A stretch of 64,000 nucleotides of DNA from Mobula hypostoma (Eukaryota), in contig NC_086097.1 of assembly GCF_963921235.1 (NCBI RefSeq), positions 105,402,001 through 105,466,000 of the forward strand, written 5' to 3'. The notes below the pieces were generated by a model that saw only the letters and a program-made list of their open reading frames with translations, did no database searches and was not told the DNA's origin. Every line of letters starts with the position of its first letter. The first letter of the stretch is position 1. Shown here one piece after another: positions 63,819 to 64,000 of this stretch. The position numbers were made by a program, and so were the translations under genes.

Positions 63819-64000
63819 AGCGATCCCTGCGGAAAGTGGGGGGGGGGGGGAGAGGGAAAGATGTGCTTAGTGGTGTGATCCCGTTGGAGGTGGCGGAAGT
63901 TACGGAGAATAAAGGTGTAGCTATGGGCACACGTATGAGTCCTAGCTCTGCCTGCCTTTTTGTTGGCTTTGTGGAACGATCTATGTTCCGTACCTATTCT
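63819..64000. mobile_element. PLE with 5' inversion running off the window: - piece ~63819-63910, + RT piece 63911-64000
   Basis: + frame KGVAMGTRMSPSSACLFVGFVE is PLE RT motif B'-like; the - piece resembles 4938-5030. Confidence 0.7.

Overview
Vertebrate genomic DNA, not prokaryotic. The repeat content (CR1/HER1-like LINEs, V-SINE/HE1-like SINEs, abundant Penelope-like elements) suggests a cartilaginous fish, probably a ray or shark; this is inference. It holds two convergent spliced genes. On the + strand are the last four coding exons of a HAUS2-like augmin subunit (9531-22904); its 5' exons were not found and probably lie upstream of the window. On the - strand is a complete 5-exon VPS18 (47322-33360; 2934 nt, 977 aa, C-terminal RING), with a CpG-rich promoter carrying four CCAAT boxes. 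The rest is mostly nested transposons: CR1, Rex1/Babar, RTE and L1 LINEs, solo LTRs with target-site duplications (TSDs), Tigger-like and Harbinger-like non-autonomous DNA elements, and Penelope-like elements (PLEs). There is also a 2.4-kb G/A tract just upstream of VPS18 and a 33-bp minisatellite with higher-order structure. The most notable signals: (i) minimal type-I hammerhead ribozyme motifs in the PLE ends, including a 136-bp TSD-flanked mini-element; (ii) recurrent inverted-pLTR fold-back insertions; (iii) a ~1.05-kb composite direct duplication, offset 23,327 bp, that brackets the whole VPS18 gene. I could not establish a wholly new biological system; the ribozyme/PLE class is known. 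Repeat boundaries without a stated TSD or TIR are approximate.
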